Positions 28,111 to 38,011 of a stretch of DNA of 64,000 bases are shown one piece after another. This DNA is from an uncultured Acidobacteriota bacterium. Its GTDB lineage: Bacteria; Actinomycetota; Acidimicrobiia; Spongiisociales; ZC4RG35. The translations under genes were made by a program, and so were the position numbers. The notes under the pieces were generated by a model, which worked only from the letters and a program-made list of their open reading frames with translations, searched no databases and had not been told where the DNA came from. The stretch is taken from assembly GCA_963828465.1 (NCBI GenBank), contig CAWHEU010000026.1, positions 1 to 64,000 of the forward strand, in the 5' to 3' direction. Every line of letters begins with the position of its first letter. The first letter of the stretch is position 1.

Positions 28111-28742
28111 TGTGCTGTCCCCCCTTGTCCGTCTTGGTCGATCAATCCGTGAAGCATGGCGGTGTGCAAGATCTCGAAGACCTCTGGTCGCATCCGGGCC
28201 GGGTCGAGCTGACGCTCGGCGCTGAACGCTCGCACCAGCAGCGAAGACGCCCTGGCTACCTCCGACGAGGAAAGGATGAACCGCATCCCATGACGCTCTT
28301 GGGTGGCATCGAGGATCCGGGCGACTGCTTCGAGGAACTTGCTGCGGATCTCCAGATAGGCAGCTTTGAGCTCGTCGTCGCGGGCGGCGTGGGCGATGAA
28401 CTCGGTGAGGAGTGGAAGCCATCCCGGAACGCTGGAGTCCGCCGATCCGATGAATCGGGACACCTCGCGTAGTCCCGTCTCGAAGTCGTCGCCCTCCAGC
28501 ATGATCCCTGCGTAGGCGACGATCCGTTGCTCGTAGTGATCGTCGAGGACCGCCAGAAACAGGGCGTCCTTGTCCTCGAAGTTCGAGTACACGGCGCCCT
28601 TGGTGTACCCCGCCTCCTGGGCGATCTCTTCCAGCGAGGCGCCGTGGAATCCTCGGAGCAAAAAAATTGTGCGGGCGGCGGTGACGAGGTCGGCCCGGGT
28701 TTGCGCCTTGCGCTCGATTCTGGTGATACGTGTGGCTGACAT
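28107..28742 (-). CDS. TetR/AcrR-family transcriptional regulator
   Basis: GFHGASLEEIAQEAGYTKGAVYSNFEDKDALF helix-turn-helix. Confidence 0.93.
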   Translation of the reverse strand: MSATRITRIERKAQTRADLVTAARTIFLLRGFHGASLEEIAQEAGYTKGAVYSNFEDKDALFLAVLDDHYEQRIVAYAGIMLEGDDFETGLREVSRFIGSADSSVPGWLPLLTEFIAHAARDDELKAAYLEIRSKFLEAVARILDATQERHGMRFILSSSEVARASSLLVRAFSAERQLDPARMRPEVFEILHTAMLHGLIDQDGQGGTAQ

Positions 28743-28745
28743 TCA

Positions 28746-28781
28746 GATACCGACGGTATCGGAATACCGACAGTATGTCAA
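28746..28781 (-). promoter_or_regulatory. tetR promoter (TTGACA-17-TACCGT) overlapped by two palindromic operators
   Basis: Minus strand TTGACA tactgtcggtattccga TACCGT. Palindromes GATACCGACGGTATC (28746-28760) and ATACCGACAGTAT (28764-28776). Confidence 0.8.
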
Positions 28782-28890
28782 CCGACCCTGGTGCTCGTCC
28801 GGCGGCCCACTGTCATGGGCGCCGGGTGGGATGGGTGGCCCCGTCGATCCAGGCCGGGGCGACATATGATCCGCTCATGGAGCAGACTCG

Positions 28891-29394
28891 TTGAACGGCG
28901 CCAGTGCGGCTCGCACGGTCGCGGTCATCGAGGACCTGGGGTTCACCGATGTGGTCTCGATCCCGGACGGGGAGAGCCGGCATCTCCACCGTGCCCTGCT
29001 CGACACCCCTGAGATCCACGTCTATTCACCGACCCGGGAGGGGGAAGGCATAGCCCTGGCAGCCGGTTTGTGGGTCGGGGGGCGCAAGCCGCTCGTACTC
29101 CTCCAGAACACAGGACTGATGGAGGCCGGGGACGCACTGCGTGGCTGCGGGATCGGCCCCAACATCCCGCTGCTCCTCCTCGTCGGGTGGCGAGGCTACC
29201 CGGGGGCGGTGGCCGGAGCGACGCCTGTCGATTCGGCCTATCCCTTCACGGAGTCGTTGATCAAGGCCTGGGAAATGCCCCACAGACGTCTGATGTCCGA
29301 CGACGACTTGGGCGTGATCGGTGAGATGGCTGCGGTGGCGGAGGGGACATCGAAGCCGGCCGTGGTGGTCTATGGCTACGGGTTCACCCCGTGA
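28891..29394 (+). CDS. Sulfopyruvate/phosphonopyruvate decarboxylase alpha-like subunit (ComD-like)
   Basis: SIPDG, TREGEGIALAAG, LLQNTGL, PLLLLVGWRG. Confidence 0.78.
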   Translation: MNGASAARTVAVIEDLGFTDVVSIPDGESRHLHRALLDTPEIHVYSPTREGEGIALAAGLWVGGRKPLVLLQNTGLMEAGDALRGCGIGPNIPLLLLVGWRGYPGAVAGATPVDSAYPFTESLIKAWEMPHRRLMSDDDLGVIGEMAAVAEGTSKPAVVVYGYGFTP

Positions 29395-30143
29395 CCATCG
29401 AGCGTCTCGACATGTTCCGCGCTCTGGCGGCGCGGCGTACCGATGAGGTGGTCATCACGACGATGACTGCGACCTTGCAATGGCCCCTGGTATCCAGCCA
29501 TCCCCTCGATTTCGACTTTCTCGCTTTTGGGATGGGCCACGCCTCAGATTTCGGCCTCGGCTTGGCATTGGCTCGACCCGAGCGAAAGGTGGTCGTCCTC
29601 AAAGGGGACGGAGGTCTTCTGATGAGCCTCGGGTCGCTGGTCACCATGGGCCAATACGCCCCGCCGAATCTACTGGTGCTGCTCCTCGAGAATCGCATCT
29701 ATGAGATGACTGGCGGGCAACCCCTCGCCCCGAAGGCCGACTTTGTGGCATTGGCCTTGGGCGCGGGACTGGAGAAGGTGGAACGTATCGACCACCTCGA
29801 TCTGTTCGAGGCAGAACTGCCCCGCCTGTTGACCGAGCCAGGCCCCATTTTCGTCGTGGTGCCGGTGACCAACTCCGAGCCCCTGCCACCAGTGAGCCAC
29901 ACCGACCATGCGGAGCGGGTGACCAATCTTCGGGCGGCACTGGGGATCTCTTCCTCCGCAGACCTGAATGGGGAAGGTCCTTATCCCCGGACCTCCATGA
30001 CCTGTCGTAGCTCCTACGAACTGTCCCCTACCTTCAGCAACCTCGCGGCGTTGCCCCCGACTATCAGGGCATGGTCGGCTTCTGTGAGACTGGCGTTGGC
30101 GAGGAAGCCGAGCGGGTCGGTGGGGCCCATGTCGAACGGGTAG
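29391..30143 (+). CDS. TPP-binding beta subunit (ComE-like); the true C-terminus is probably near 29950-29970
   Basis: GMGHAS, GLGLALARP, GDGGLLMSLGSL, ENRIYEMTGGQP. The tail overlaps the convergent gene by 130 nt, which suggests a lost stop codon. Confidence 0.78.
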   Translation: MTIERLDMFRALAARRTDEVVITTMTATLQWPLVSSHPLDFDFLAFGMGHASDFGLGLALARPERKVVVLKGDGGLLMSLGSLVTMGQYAPPNLLVLLLENRIYEMTGGQPLAPKADFVALALGAGLEKVERIDHLDLFEAELPRLLTEPGPIFVVVPVTNSEPLPPVSHTDHAERVTNLRAALGISSSADLNGEGPYPRTSMTCRSSYELSPTFSNLAALPPTIRAWSASVRLALARKPSGSVGPMSNG

Positions 30144-31084
30144 TCGCTCCCCATCAGCACGTGGTCGGCCCCGAACTCTCCGACCAGATACTGGACCGCA
30201 TCAGTGGAGAACACCGTCGTGTCGAAATAGAGCTTGTGCAGGTACTCGCTCGGGGGTCGGGATATGTGACGTCTCGCCTCCGGTCTCACCTTGAAGGCGT
30301 GGTCGGTGCGGGCGTAGTAGAAGGGCAGGTAGCCACCGCCGTGAACCACCAGCATCCGTAGATCGGGGAATCTCTCCCAGACTCCACCCAGGATCATCCG
30401 CGACACCGCCACCGTCGAGGCCAGGGGCATGCACACCACGTTGATCAGGTAGTAGTCGTCCATCCGCCGGGGCTCGGTCCAGCCGTGGGGATGAAGGATC
30501 ACCAGCATCTCCAGCTCCTCGGCGGCCGCCCAGATCGGGTCGAACCGCCGGTCGTCCAGATCACCGCCCTTGACATCGGAGTTCACCTCGAACCCGTTGA
30601 AGCCGAGGTCTGCCATGACTCGTCGCATTTCGACGACAGCCGCCTCAGGATGATCCATTGGGAGGTTGGCAATCCCGACGAATCGGTCCGGCGCTTGCTG
30701 TGTCATCTCGAAGATGGCGTCGTTCTGCATGGCGTTTACCCGAGGACCGGTCTCACCGTCCAGCCAGTGGAAGTACTGTGGCGGAGCGATAGCCAGCGCC
30801 TGGATGTCGACCCCCTGGAGATCCATGTCGGCGAGCCGTGCCCCGGTATCGACGAATTGGGCGGTTTGCGTGACTCTCAGCTCGCGGTTGTAGCGGGTGC
30901 TCTCCTCGGGTTGGACTTGCATCCTGGGGTCGTACTCCGGCCGGAAGAGGGGCGCAGCGATCTCTGCAGCCGTCGGGACCTCGACGTGGGTGTGGATGTC
31001 GATCGTGGGATACGGAGGCTTGGGCGCAGTCGACTGTTCCCATTTCGGACCCAGCTCCGGCCACCACTCGGAAATGCCATGCAT
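30014..31084 (-). CDS. Amidohydrolase_2 (ACMSD-like) #2
   Basis: IDIHTH, RLADMD, ILHP, VHGGGYLP, YFDT, MGSDYPFDM, GGNAARLL. Confidence 0.9.
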   Translation of the reverse strand: MHGISEWWPELGPKWEQSTAPKPPYPTIDIHTHVEVPTAAEIAAPLFRPEYDPRMQVQPEESTRYNRELRVTQTAQFVDTGARLADMDLQGVDIQALAIAPPQYFHWLDGETGPRVNAMQNDAIFEMTQQAPDRFVGIANLPMDHPEAAVVEMRRVMADLGFNGFEVNSDVKGGDLDDRRFDPIWAAAEELEMLVILHPHGWTEPRRMDDYYLINVVCMPLASTVAVSRMILGGVWERFPDLRMLVVHGGGYLPFYYARTDHAFKVRPEARRHISRPPSEYLHKLYFDTTVFSTDAVQYLVGEFGADHVLMGSDYPFDMGPTDPLGFLANASLTEADHALIVGGNAARLLKVGDSS

Positions 31085-31102
31085 GATGCACTATGTACCA
31101 TC
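31083..31102 (-). promoter_or_regulatory. Degenerate copy of the putative operator (GATGGTACATAGTGCATCAT) upstream of gntR
   Basis: Three mismatches to the consensus GATCnTATATnnTGCAyGAT. Lies in the divergent amidohydrolase/gntR spacer. Confidence 0.45.
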
Positions 31103-31127
31103 TCGGGATGATCGGGTGCCATTCATC

Positions 31128-31808
31128 GTGAGCGGCGTGGAGGAGACGGAGACAATTGCCACCGACTGGCGTTCGACAGTTCTGCCTTCGACGCCACGAC
31201 CGCGCACGGCGACCAACTACGTCTCGGATTCCCTTCGCCGGTCGATCCTGAACGGTGATCTGGTCGGCGGTACCAAGCTGCGCCTCGCGGAGATCGCATC
31301 GACATTCGATGTCAGCACCACACCTGTGCGTGAGGCGATGCGGGAGTTGTCATTCGAAGGTCTCGTCACGATCGACAGCTACCGGGGCGGAGTGGTTACG
31401 GAGGTGACGAAGTCCGAGGTCGAGGAGATCGTGCGCATCCGTCAGCTACTCGAGCCGATTGCCGCCAGGGAGTCGGTGGCCGGCATGACGCCCATCATTC
31501 TGGCTGAGGCGAAAGCGATCCTCGACGAGATGGCAGCCTCTGGCTCTTGGGATATCTGGGTGCAGGGAAATCGGGCATTCCATCGCAAGGTCTACGAAGC
31601 GTCGCAATCCCGGCGGCTGGTGTCGCTTATCAAGAGCCTGCAGGACACCCAGGTCGTGTTCGTGAGCGCAACCCTGCGGAAGAGCCCGATGCTCAAGGAG
31701 ACGGCTACGAGGGATCACCACGAGATGATCGAGGCGATCGCAGAGGGCGATGCCGACCGTCTCATCGAGATCACATTGCGGCATCTGACGATTCCGATCA
31801 GAGACTGA
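31128..31808 (+). CDS. GntR-family (FCD) transcriptional regulator
   Basis: LRRSILNGDL, FDVSTTPVREAM, IRQLLEP, NRAFH, DHHEMIEAI. Start approximate. Confidence 0.9.
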   Translation: MSGVEETETIATDWRSTVLPSTPRPRTATNYVSDSLRRSILNGDLVGGTKLRLAEIASTFDVSTTPVREAMRELSFEGLVTIDSYRGGVVTEVTKSEVEEIVRIRQLLEPIAARESVAGMTPIILAEAKAILDEMAASGSWDIWVQGNRAFHRKVYEASQSRRLVSLIKSLQDTQVVFVSATLRKSPMLKETATRDHHEMIEAIAEGDADRLIEITLRHLTIPIRD

Positions 31809-31827
31809 TTCTGTTGAGCGCGGAGAA

Positions 31828-32724
31828 ATGACGTCGGGGCCGATTGCCGTCATCGGGCTCGGGCTGATGGGCTCCCGCATGTCCGGCCACCTCCTCGCCG
31901 CCGGGCACGCGGTGCAGGGGTACGACCCCGACCCGGCGCGATTGGCGGAGTTCGAGGAGAAGGGCGGGCGAGTCGCCGGGTCACCGGCTGAGGCGGTGGA
32001 GGGTTGCTGGGCCGCCCTGCTCTCCCTACCCACCTCCGACGTATCACGGCAGGTTTGTCTCGGAGAGGACGGCATCGCCCGATCTGCGGTATCGCCACTC
32101 TTTGTATACGACACCACAACGGGCCGGCCCAACGATGCCGTCGAGATCGGCGACGCATTGGCCGAGATAGGAGTCGTCTACTCCGACACCACCGTCAGCG
32201 GGAACAGCGAGGTGGCCGAGAAGGGCGAGCTGGTAGTGATGATGGGCGGCTCGGAGGATGCCTATTTGCGAGGCAGGCCGATCTTCGAGGCGATCGGTCG
32301 CTCCCATCATCATGTCGGGCCTGTCGGCTCCGCCTCCCGGATGAAGCTGATCGTGAACCACGCCCTCACAGTTCAAAGGATGGCGCTGGCCGAGGCTCTA
32401 GTCGTTGCCGAACTCTCCGGGATGGACCTCGACATCGCTCTCGATGTGTTGAAAGACTCCCTTGCCTACTCCAAAGTCATGGACGTCTGGGGAGACCGCA
32501 TGGTCGCCGGCGACCACGAGTTTCCTTACGCCCGGCTCCGGCAGAGCCACAAGGACGCCCGTCTCATCGTCGATCACGGGGTCGAGCTGGGGGCAACGAT
32601 GGATCTGGCCCGGGTGGCCCGCGAAGCGCTGGCCGAGGGCGAGGTAACCGGGCTGGCCGACATGGACAATTCGTCGGTCATGGAGGTGGTCCGGCGGCGA
32701 GCGGGCATTGGTCGGGTGGAGTGA
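31828..32724 (+). CDS. Beta-hydroxyacid dehydrogenase family (HIBADH/GarR-like)
   Basis: IGLGLMGSRM, DTTVSG, ASRMKLIVN, HKDA. Confidence 0.88.
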   Translation: MTSGPIAVIGLGLMGSRMSGHLLAAGHAVQGYDPDPARLAEFEEKGGRVAGSPAEAVEGCWAALLSLPTSDVSRQVCLGEDGIARSAVSPLFVYDTTTGRPNDAVEIGDALAEIGVVYSDTTVSGNSEVAEKGELVVMMGGSEDAYLRGRPIFEAIGRSHHHVGPVGSASRMKLIVNHALTVQRMALAEALVVAELSGMDLDIALDVLKDSLAYSKVMDVWGDRMVAGDHEFPYARLRQSHKDARLIVDHGVELGATMDLARVAREALAEGEVTGLADMDNSSVMEVVRRRAGIGRVE

Positions 32725-32742
32725 TCCTATATTGTGCATGAT
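32723..32742 (+). promoter_or_regulatory. Putative operator copy (GATCCTATATTGTGCATGAT)
   Basis: Directly before ATG 32743 of amidohydrolase #3. Confidence 0.7.
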
Positions 32743-33745
32743 ATGAGCGGCCGGGTCATCGACATCCATTGCCATCGGGAGTGCGCCCCGGCGGCAGCAT
32801 TGGTCAAACCGGAGGCAGACAAGCTGGGCCGAAAACCACTCCAGTTCGGCAACGACCTGACCAAGGAGGTGAATCGGAAGCAACTCGAAGACATCCGCCC
32901 CAAGATGGAGGATGTCGAGGTCAGGCTGGCGGACATGGATTCCATGGGTGTCGACGTCCAGGCGCTCAGTCTGTCTCCATATCAGCTGTTCCATTGGGCG
33001 GAGGGCGATCTCGCCGCCCGTGCATTCGCCACCGTCAACGACGACCTCGCCACGCTCGTCGCCGGACATCCCGACCGGTTCCTCGGTCTGGGCGCTGTCC
33101 CGCTACAGGACCCCTCGGCGGCGATCGCCGAGGTGCGGCGATGCTCGGAGGAACTCGGGTTCCGGGGCATCGAGATGGCGACCCACATCGAGGGCGAGGA
33201 GCTGTCCAGCCCTCGCTTCGAGGATTTCTGGGGGGTGGTGGAGGAGCTTGGGGATGGTCGTCTTCATCCACCCCACCGGGTTCACCGACCCGGCTCGGCT
33301 CACCGACCACTATTTCTTCAACACCATCGGGCACCCCCTCGAAGAGACGATCTGCGCCGGGCGTCTCATCTTCGACGGTGTGATGGAGCGTCATCCCGGG
33401 CTGAAATTCGTCTTCGCCCACGGCGGCGGATACCTGCCCGCCTATGCCGGCCGCTTCGACCACGCCTATCACGCCCGGGCCGATGTGCGTCACGGCCTGC
33501 CCCGGCCCCCCAGCGAGTACCTGTCCAGCTTCTATTTCGACACAATGGTGTTCGAAGCCGACCAGCTGGGGTTCCTCATCGACAAGTACGGAGCGGATCA
33601 CGTCCTCCTCGGCACCGACTACCCATACGACATGGGTGAGACCGACCCGCTCGGCCTCATCAACAAGGTGAGCGGTCTCGATCCCAACGATGTCGACCTG
33701 ATCGTCGGCGGAAATGCGGCCCGTCTCCTCGGGATCGAGCGATGA
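32743..33745 (+). CDS. Amidohydrolase_2 (ACMSD-like) #3 (apparent +1 frameshift in GGGG at 33250-33253)
   Basis: IDIHCH, RLADMDSMGVD...EELG, then the frame switches to MVVFIHP, AHGGGYLP, LGTDYPYDM, GGNAARLL. Confidence 0.88.
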
Positions 33746-34854
33746 GAGGGGAGGGCATCGGTCTCGCTGTCGTCGGCTGTGGCACAGTGGGCCGCATCCG
33801 CGCCGTCCTGGCTCGGGAGCATCCGGCGGTTGACTGGATCGGGCTCTGCGACATCGATGCCGACGTCGCCAAGACCCTGGGCGAAGACGTCGACGCCGAC
33901 CTGGTCAGTACCGACCTGGACGAGCTGCTGGGCCGACCCGAGGTGACGGCCGTGATCATCGCCACCGCCGAGAACGAGCACGTGACGCCGATCCTCTCCG
34001 CCGTCGAGTTGGGCAAGCCGCTCTTCATCGAAAAGCCCCTGGCCACCGACCCGGTGGATTCGGCTCGAGTTCTCGAGGCCATCGAGGCGGCGGGGATCGA
34101 TGCGGTCATGGGTTACACCCAACGGTTCCGCCGCCGCTTCCAAACCGTGAAGCAGCGTCTGCGGGACGGTCAGATCGGTGAGGTGACCAGCGTCGTCACC
34201 CGGGCTTTCATGAACCGGATGGTCCCCGATGCCACGCTCCGCAAGACCAGTGAGCGCTCCAACCTGACCCCGATGGTCGTGTCCGGCACCCACAGTCTCG
34301 ACATGTGCATGTGGCTGATGGAGCCCCGCGAGCCTGTGGAGGTGTACGCCCGGTCCGTCGACGCCACTCTCGGGGAGATGGGGACCAAGGACGCCACGTT
34401 CGGTCTATTCACCATGGACGACGGCGTCATCTGGAGCATGAACATCAGCTGGGCCCTGCCCACGGTCTGGCCGGGTGCCGTCTACGGTCTCGAGATCGGG
34501 ATCGTCGGGACCCAAGGAGTGATCGACATCGAGGACACACATCGCGATGTGGTGTTGGCGACGCAGATCCCACAGCCGGCGGGCTACACGTCCAAGGGAT
34601 ACGAGCCCGACTCGCAGCGATATGTCGACTTCCTCGGCAGCTACCCACCCGGAGATGTCTCCGACGGGCTGTTGTGGGGTCCGATGCGCGAAGAGACGAT
34701 GACGTGGTTCAACCGTCTCTCCACGGGCATCGCCACCCCGCATGCCACCGCTCGGGACGGGCACCGAAACCTGATCCTGACCATGGCGATGGATCATTCC
34801 GCCCGGACCGGGGGTCCGGTCGAGCTGCCTATCGCCCCCGAAGCACTCATCTGA
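33742..34854 (+). CDS. Gfo/Idh/MocA oxidoreductase
   Basis: VVGCGTVG, IEKPLA, GYTQRF, GTHSLD. Confidence 0.9.
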   Translation: MRGEGIGLAVVGCGTVGRIRAVLAREHPAVDWIGLCDIDADVAKTLGEDVDADLVSTDLDELLGRPEVTAVIIATAENEHVTPILSAVELGKPLFIEKPLATDPVDSARVLEAIEAAGIDAVMGYTQRFRRRFQTVKQRLRDGQIGEVTSVVTRAFMNRMVPDATLRKTSERSNLTPMVVSGTHSLDMCMWLMEPREPVEVYARSVDATLGEMGTKDATFGLFTMDDGVIWSMNISWALPTVWPGAVYGLEIGIVGTQGVIDIEDTHRDVVLATQIPQPAGYTSKGYEPDSQRYVDFLGSYPPGDVSDGLLWGPMREETMTWFNRLSTGIATPHATARDGHRNLILTMAMDHSARTGGPVELPIAPEALI

Positions 34855-34865
34855 AAGGACCGGAC

Positions 34866-35936
34866 ATGGAACCGCTCAGCATCGGGATCATCGGCACCGG
34901 ATGGTGTGGCGAGATAAGGGCAGTTGCTGCCGCGAACAGCGCTCTGGTCGGATCGCTCCACCTGGCCGAGATCAAGGAGGAGCGGCTTGCCGAGGTCGCG
35001 GCGCAGACCGGTGCCGTCACCGCCACGACCGACTGGGAGGAGCTCGTCGCTGACTCCGGGATCCAGGCCATGATCATTTCGGCGACCCCCGAGACACTCC
35101 ACTACCCGATGGCCAAGGCCGCGCTGGAGGCGGGCAAGCACGTTCTCTTGGAGAAGCCGATATCGATCACGCTCGAGGAGGCCGACGAGTTGATCCGCAT
35201 CGCCGAAGCCAAGAACCTCAAGTTCACCATTGGCTACTCGCAGCGATTCAACCCCAAGCAGGCCCTGGTCAGGCGAAGCCTGAACGACGGCACGTTGGGC
35301 GATCCCGTGAGCGTGTTGGTGAGCCGTCACATCACCCGCTCGCTCGGGGCGAAGATCGGCTCGCGGACCAAGCTCTCCCCGGCTGCCATGGAGGCAACAC
35401 ACGACATCGACTTCTCGCTGTGGTGCCTCGAGCCCCGCCGGCCGGTCCGCGTCTACTCCCAGGTGGCGTGGGGGGCTCGGCAGGATCAAGGAGTCCCGGA
35501 CACTCAGGTCATCGTCATCACGATGGACGACGGGGTCACCGTCACCATCGGCGCCGGATGGTCGTTGCCTCCTGGCTATCCCAATTTCTCGACGACGTGG
35601 ATCGAGTTCCTCGGCACCGAGGGGGCCCTGATCATGGACGCCAGCCACAAGGACATCGTCCTGAACACGATCAAGGATGGAGTCCAGTTCCCTCTCTCCA
35701 CCATGCCCGGCGAGTACGTGGACCATGTCTACGCCGGCCCGATGGAGAGAGAGACGATCCACTTCTTCGAGGCCGTTGCCTATGACCGGCCGGTGATGGT
35801 CGAGCCGCGGCTGGCCCGTCTCACGATGGAGGTCTATTTGGCGGCGGACATTTCGGTGGAAACCGGTCAGGTCGTCGAGCTGCCCCTCCCCATCGACGAG
35901 AGCCAACCAAGCCTGCTCAGCACCATCACGGGCTGA
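34866..35936 (+). CDS. Gfo/Idh/MocA oxidoreductase
   Basis: IIGTGWCG, GKHVLLEKP, GYSQRF, ATHDID. SD AAAGGA. Confidence 0.9.
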   Translation: MEPLSIGIIGTGWCGEIRAVAAANSALVGSLHLAEIKEERLAEVAAQTGAVTATTDWEELVADSGIQAMIISATPETLHYPMAKAALEAGKHVLLEKPISITLEEADELIRIAEAKNLKFTIGYSQRFNPKQALVRRSLNDGTLGDPVSVLVSRHITRSLGAKIGSRTKLSPAAMEATHDIDFSLWCLEPRRPVRVYSQVAWGARQDQGVPDTQVIVITMDDGVTVTIGAGWSLPPGYPNFSTTWIEFLGTEGALIMDASHKDIVLNTIKDGVQFPLSTMPGEYVDHVYAGPMERETIHFFEAVAYDRPVMVEPRLARLTMEVYLAADISVETGQVVELPLPIDESQPSLLSTITG

Positions 35937-35978
35937 CTCCACTGGTTACAGTCGGCTGGCATCTGAGGGAGGAACTGG

Positions 35979-36812
35979 GTGCGCAGGCGACGGGCTGGGC
36001 TTCTATCCGTGTTGGTCATCGTTGTGGCATGCGGCGGGTCGTCATCTGATGCAACTTCCAGTGCGACCGGTTCGACATCGAGTGTGTCGGTGGCCAACAC
36101 GACTACGCCGACCAATGTGACTTCGACAACCGCGAGCTCCAACCTGAGCTATGTCGCTTTTGGAGACTCATGGCCGGAGGGCGCCCATTGCAACGGGTGC
36201 ACCCCGTTCCCCGCACTGTGGCTGGGAGCCCTCGAAGAGCAGACCGGTATGGAGATCGAATACTTCGACTTCATGGGGGACCGCGAGAGGAGCACGGAGG
36301 AGAGCAAGGCGAGCGCCAGTCTCCTCGCCAGTCTTCAGACCAACGAGGAGACACGTACCGCGGTAGCTGATGCGGATGTGATCCTGATCTCCACCGGGCC
36401 TAATGAAATCGGAGATGCTGCCGAGGCGGTGAAGGCGGGTACCTGCGGCGGCGATGACGGGTTTGACTGCATCCGGGCCTTGGGGGAAATGTGGAGTACG
36501 AATTTCGAGCAGATCCTCACCGAGATCGAGACCTTGCGGGAGGGGAATCCCACCGCTATCCGGTTGGTCAACGGAGCCAATCCCTTCGTGTTGTACCCGG
36601 AGGACAACGAGGGACTACCCCCGGACTTCGCTACCACCGGCGGGACCCTCATGTTCGACCTCCTTGCAGCCGCCATGTGCGACGCCGCGGCCGCACACGA
36701 AGCCGTGTGCATCGACGCCAGACCGTTGATCCAGGTCTCCGAGGACTCCCCCGAGTCGATGCAGGCGGTTGCCGACGCCCTGGCCGCCACCGGACTGGCC
36801 GAGCTCGACTAG
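35979..36812 (+). CDS. SGNH/GDSL-like lipoprotein lacking the C-terminal DxxH motif
   Basis: Lipobox VVAC, Ser/Thr linker, AFGDSW, STGPNE. No His where block V is expected. Confidence 0.72.
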   Translation: MRRRRAGLLSVLVIVVACGGSSSDATSSATGSTSSVSVANTTTPTNVTSTTASSNLSYVAFGDSWPEGAHCNGCTPFPALWLGALEEQTGMEIEYFDFMGDRERSTEESKASASLLASLQTNEETRTAVADADVILISTGPNEIGDAAEAVKAGTCGGDDGFDCIRALGEMWSTNFEQILTEIETLREGNPTAIRLVNGANPFVLYPEDNEGLPPDFATTGGTLMFDLLAAAMCDAAAAHEAVCIDARPLIQVSEDSPESMQAVADALAATGLAELD

Positions 36813-36834
36813 CAGCCCAGCCTGCGCAGCGTCA

Positions 36835-38004
36835 TCACAAACTCAGCTCGGCGCGGCTACGCATCCGGCGGCTGGCCACGAAGGCCACGCACGCGATGAC
36901 GCACATCACGGTGACGAATAGCCAGGCGCCCGGATAGTTGCCACGCCCGGCCAGCCACCCGACGACCAGCGGGCCGATCACTGTCCCCGTCAGGTTTCCC
37001 GAGAGCACCACTCCTGAGGCTCGGGCTGGTAGATGGGGGTAGCTGTGGACGACCGTGAAGAAGATGATGCCCGGCCAACCCCATGCCCCGAGCAGGGCGA
37101 TCGGCATAGCCACCAGGTAAGGGCCGGGGGTAGAGGAGATGAAGAGCACGAAAGCTCCTATCGCTCCCGCTGCCGTCATCCAGGCCATCTCGGTGAACCC
37201 GATGCTCTCGTTGCGGTCCACCAGCCATCCGGCTCCCAAGCGCACGAGCACTACCAGCAGCGAGCAGCCGGCCAGGACCGCTCCCGCCGCTGCCTCGTCG
37301 ATCCCGATGTCCACCGCCGAAGGGACCACGAACAGTGAGAGCCCATTGCCGCCCATGGCGCCGGCGATGCCGCCGATGGCGAGGAAGACGAGCGACCTCG
37401 GTGGCCGGCCGATAGGCCCTTCGTTTCTCGCCGCAGCCCGGGCCATGTCGAGGTGGGGAGCCGATACGGCCAGGGTGAGAGCGATCAATCCTGCCAGCAC
37501 AAACGCCCACCGCCACCCGAAGACCAGACCGATGACCGGGAGCGAGATGCCGGCCAGGACACTCGCCAGTGGCACCGCCGCCTGCTTGGCTCCGAACCCG
37601 ACACCCTGACGCTCTCTGGCCACCCCGTCGAAGATTGCCAGATTCGAGGCGACCTGCGTCAGCCCATTGCCCATGCCACCGATAGCTGTGGCGAGGGGTA
37701 TCACCCACCAGACGACTGCGGTCCCGGCGATGACACAGGCGGCCAATGTGAGAAGCGCCCCGATGCGAAGACTGCGTCCCGGGCCGAGTCGGGCCACAAC
37801 CCGCCCCGCCGGGTTGGCGCCGAGGGCGGCTGCGCCGAAGTAAGCGGCGGTGGCGAGGCCGAGCTGGCCAACCCGGAATCCGATGTCTTCTTCCAGCTGG
37901 AGGATCTGGGCACTGACCAGGGCCAGCGGAAGCAGACAGGTCCCGGTGTAGATGACAGCGGTGAGGAGTGGCCGCCGCGCCAGGGTGGTGGCAAGCCAGC
38001 CCAT
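36835..38004 (-). CDS. MFS transporter
   Basis: About 12 hydrophobic segments, GRVVARLG, RQGVGFGAKQAAVP, FGWRWAF. Confidence 0.88.
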   Translation of the reverse strand: MGWLATTLARRPLLTAVIYTGTCLLPLALVSAQILQLEEDIGFRVGQLGLATAAYFGAAALGANPAGRVVARLGPGRSLRIGALLTLAACVIAGTAVVWWVIPLATAIGGMGNGLTQVASNLAIFDGVARERQGVGFGAKQAAVPLASVLAGISLPVIGLVFGWRWAFVLAGLIALTLAVSAPHLDMARAAARNEGPIGRPPRSLVFLAIGGIAGAMGGNGLSLFVVPSAVDIGIDEAAAGAVLAGCSLLVVLVRLGAGWLVDRNESIGFTEMAWMTAAGAIGAFVLFISSTPGPYLVAMPIALLGAWGWPGIIFFTVVHSYPHLPARASGVVLSGNLTGTVIGPLVVGWLAGRGNYPGAWLFVTVMCVIACVAFVASRRMRSRAELSL

Positions 38005-38011
38005 CGGCCGT

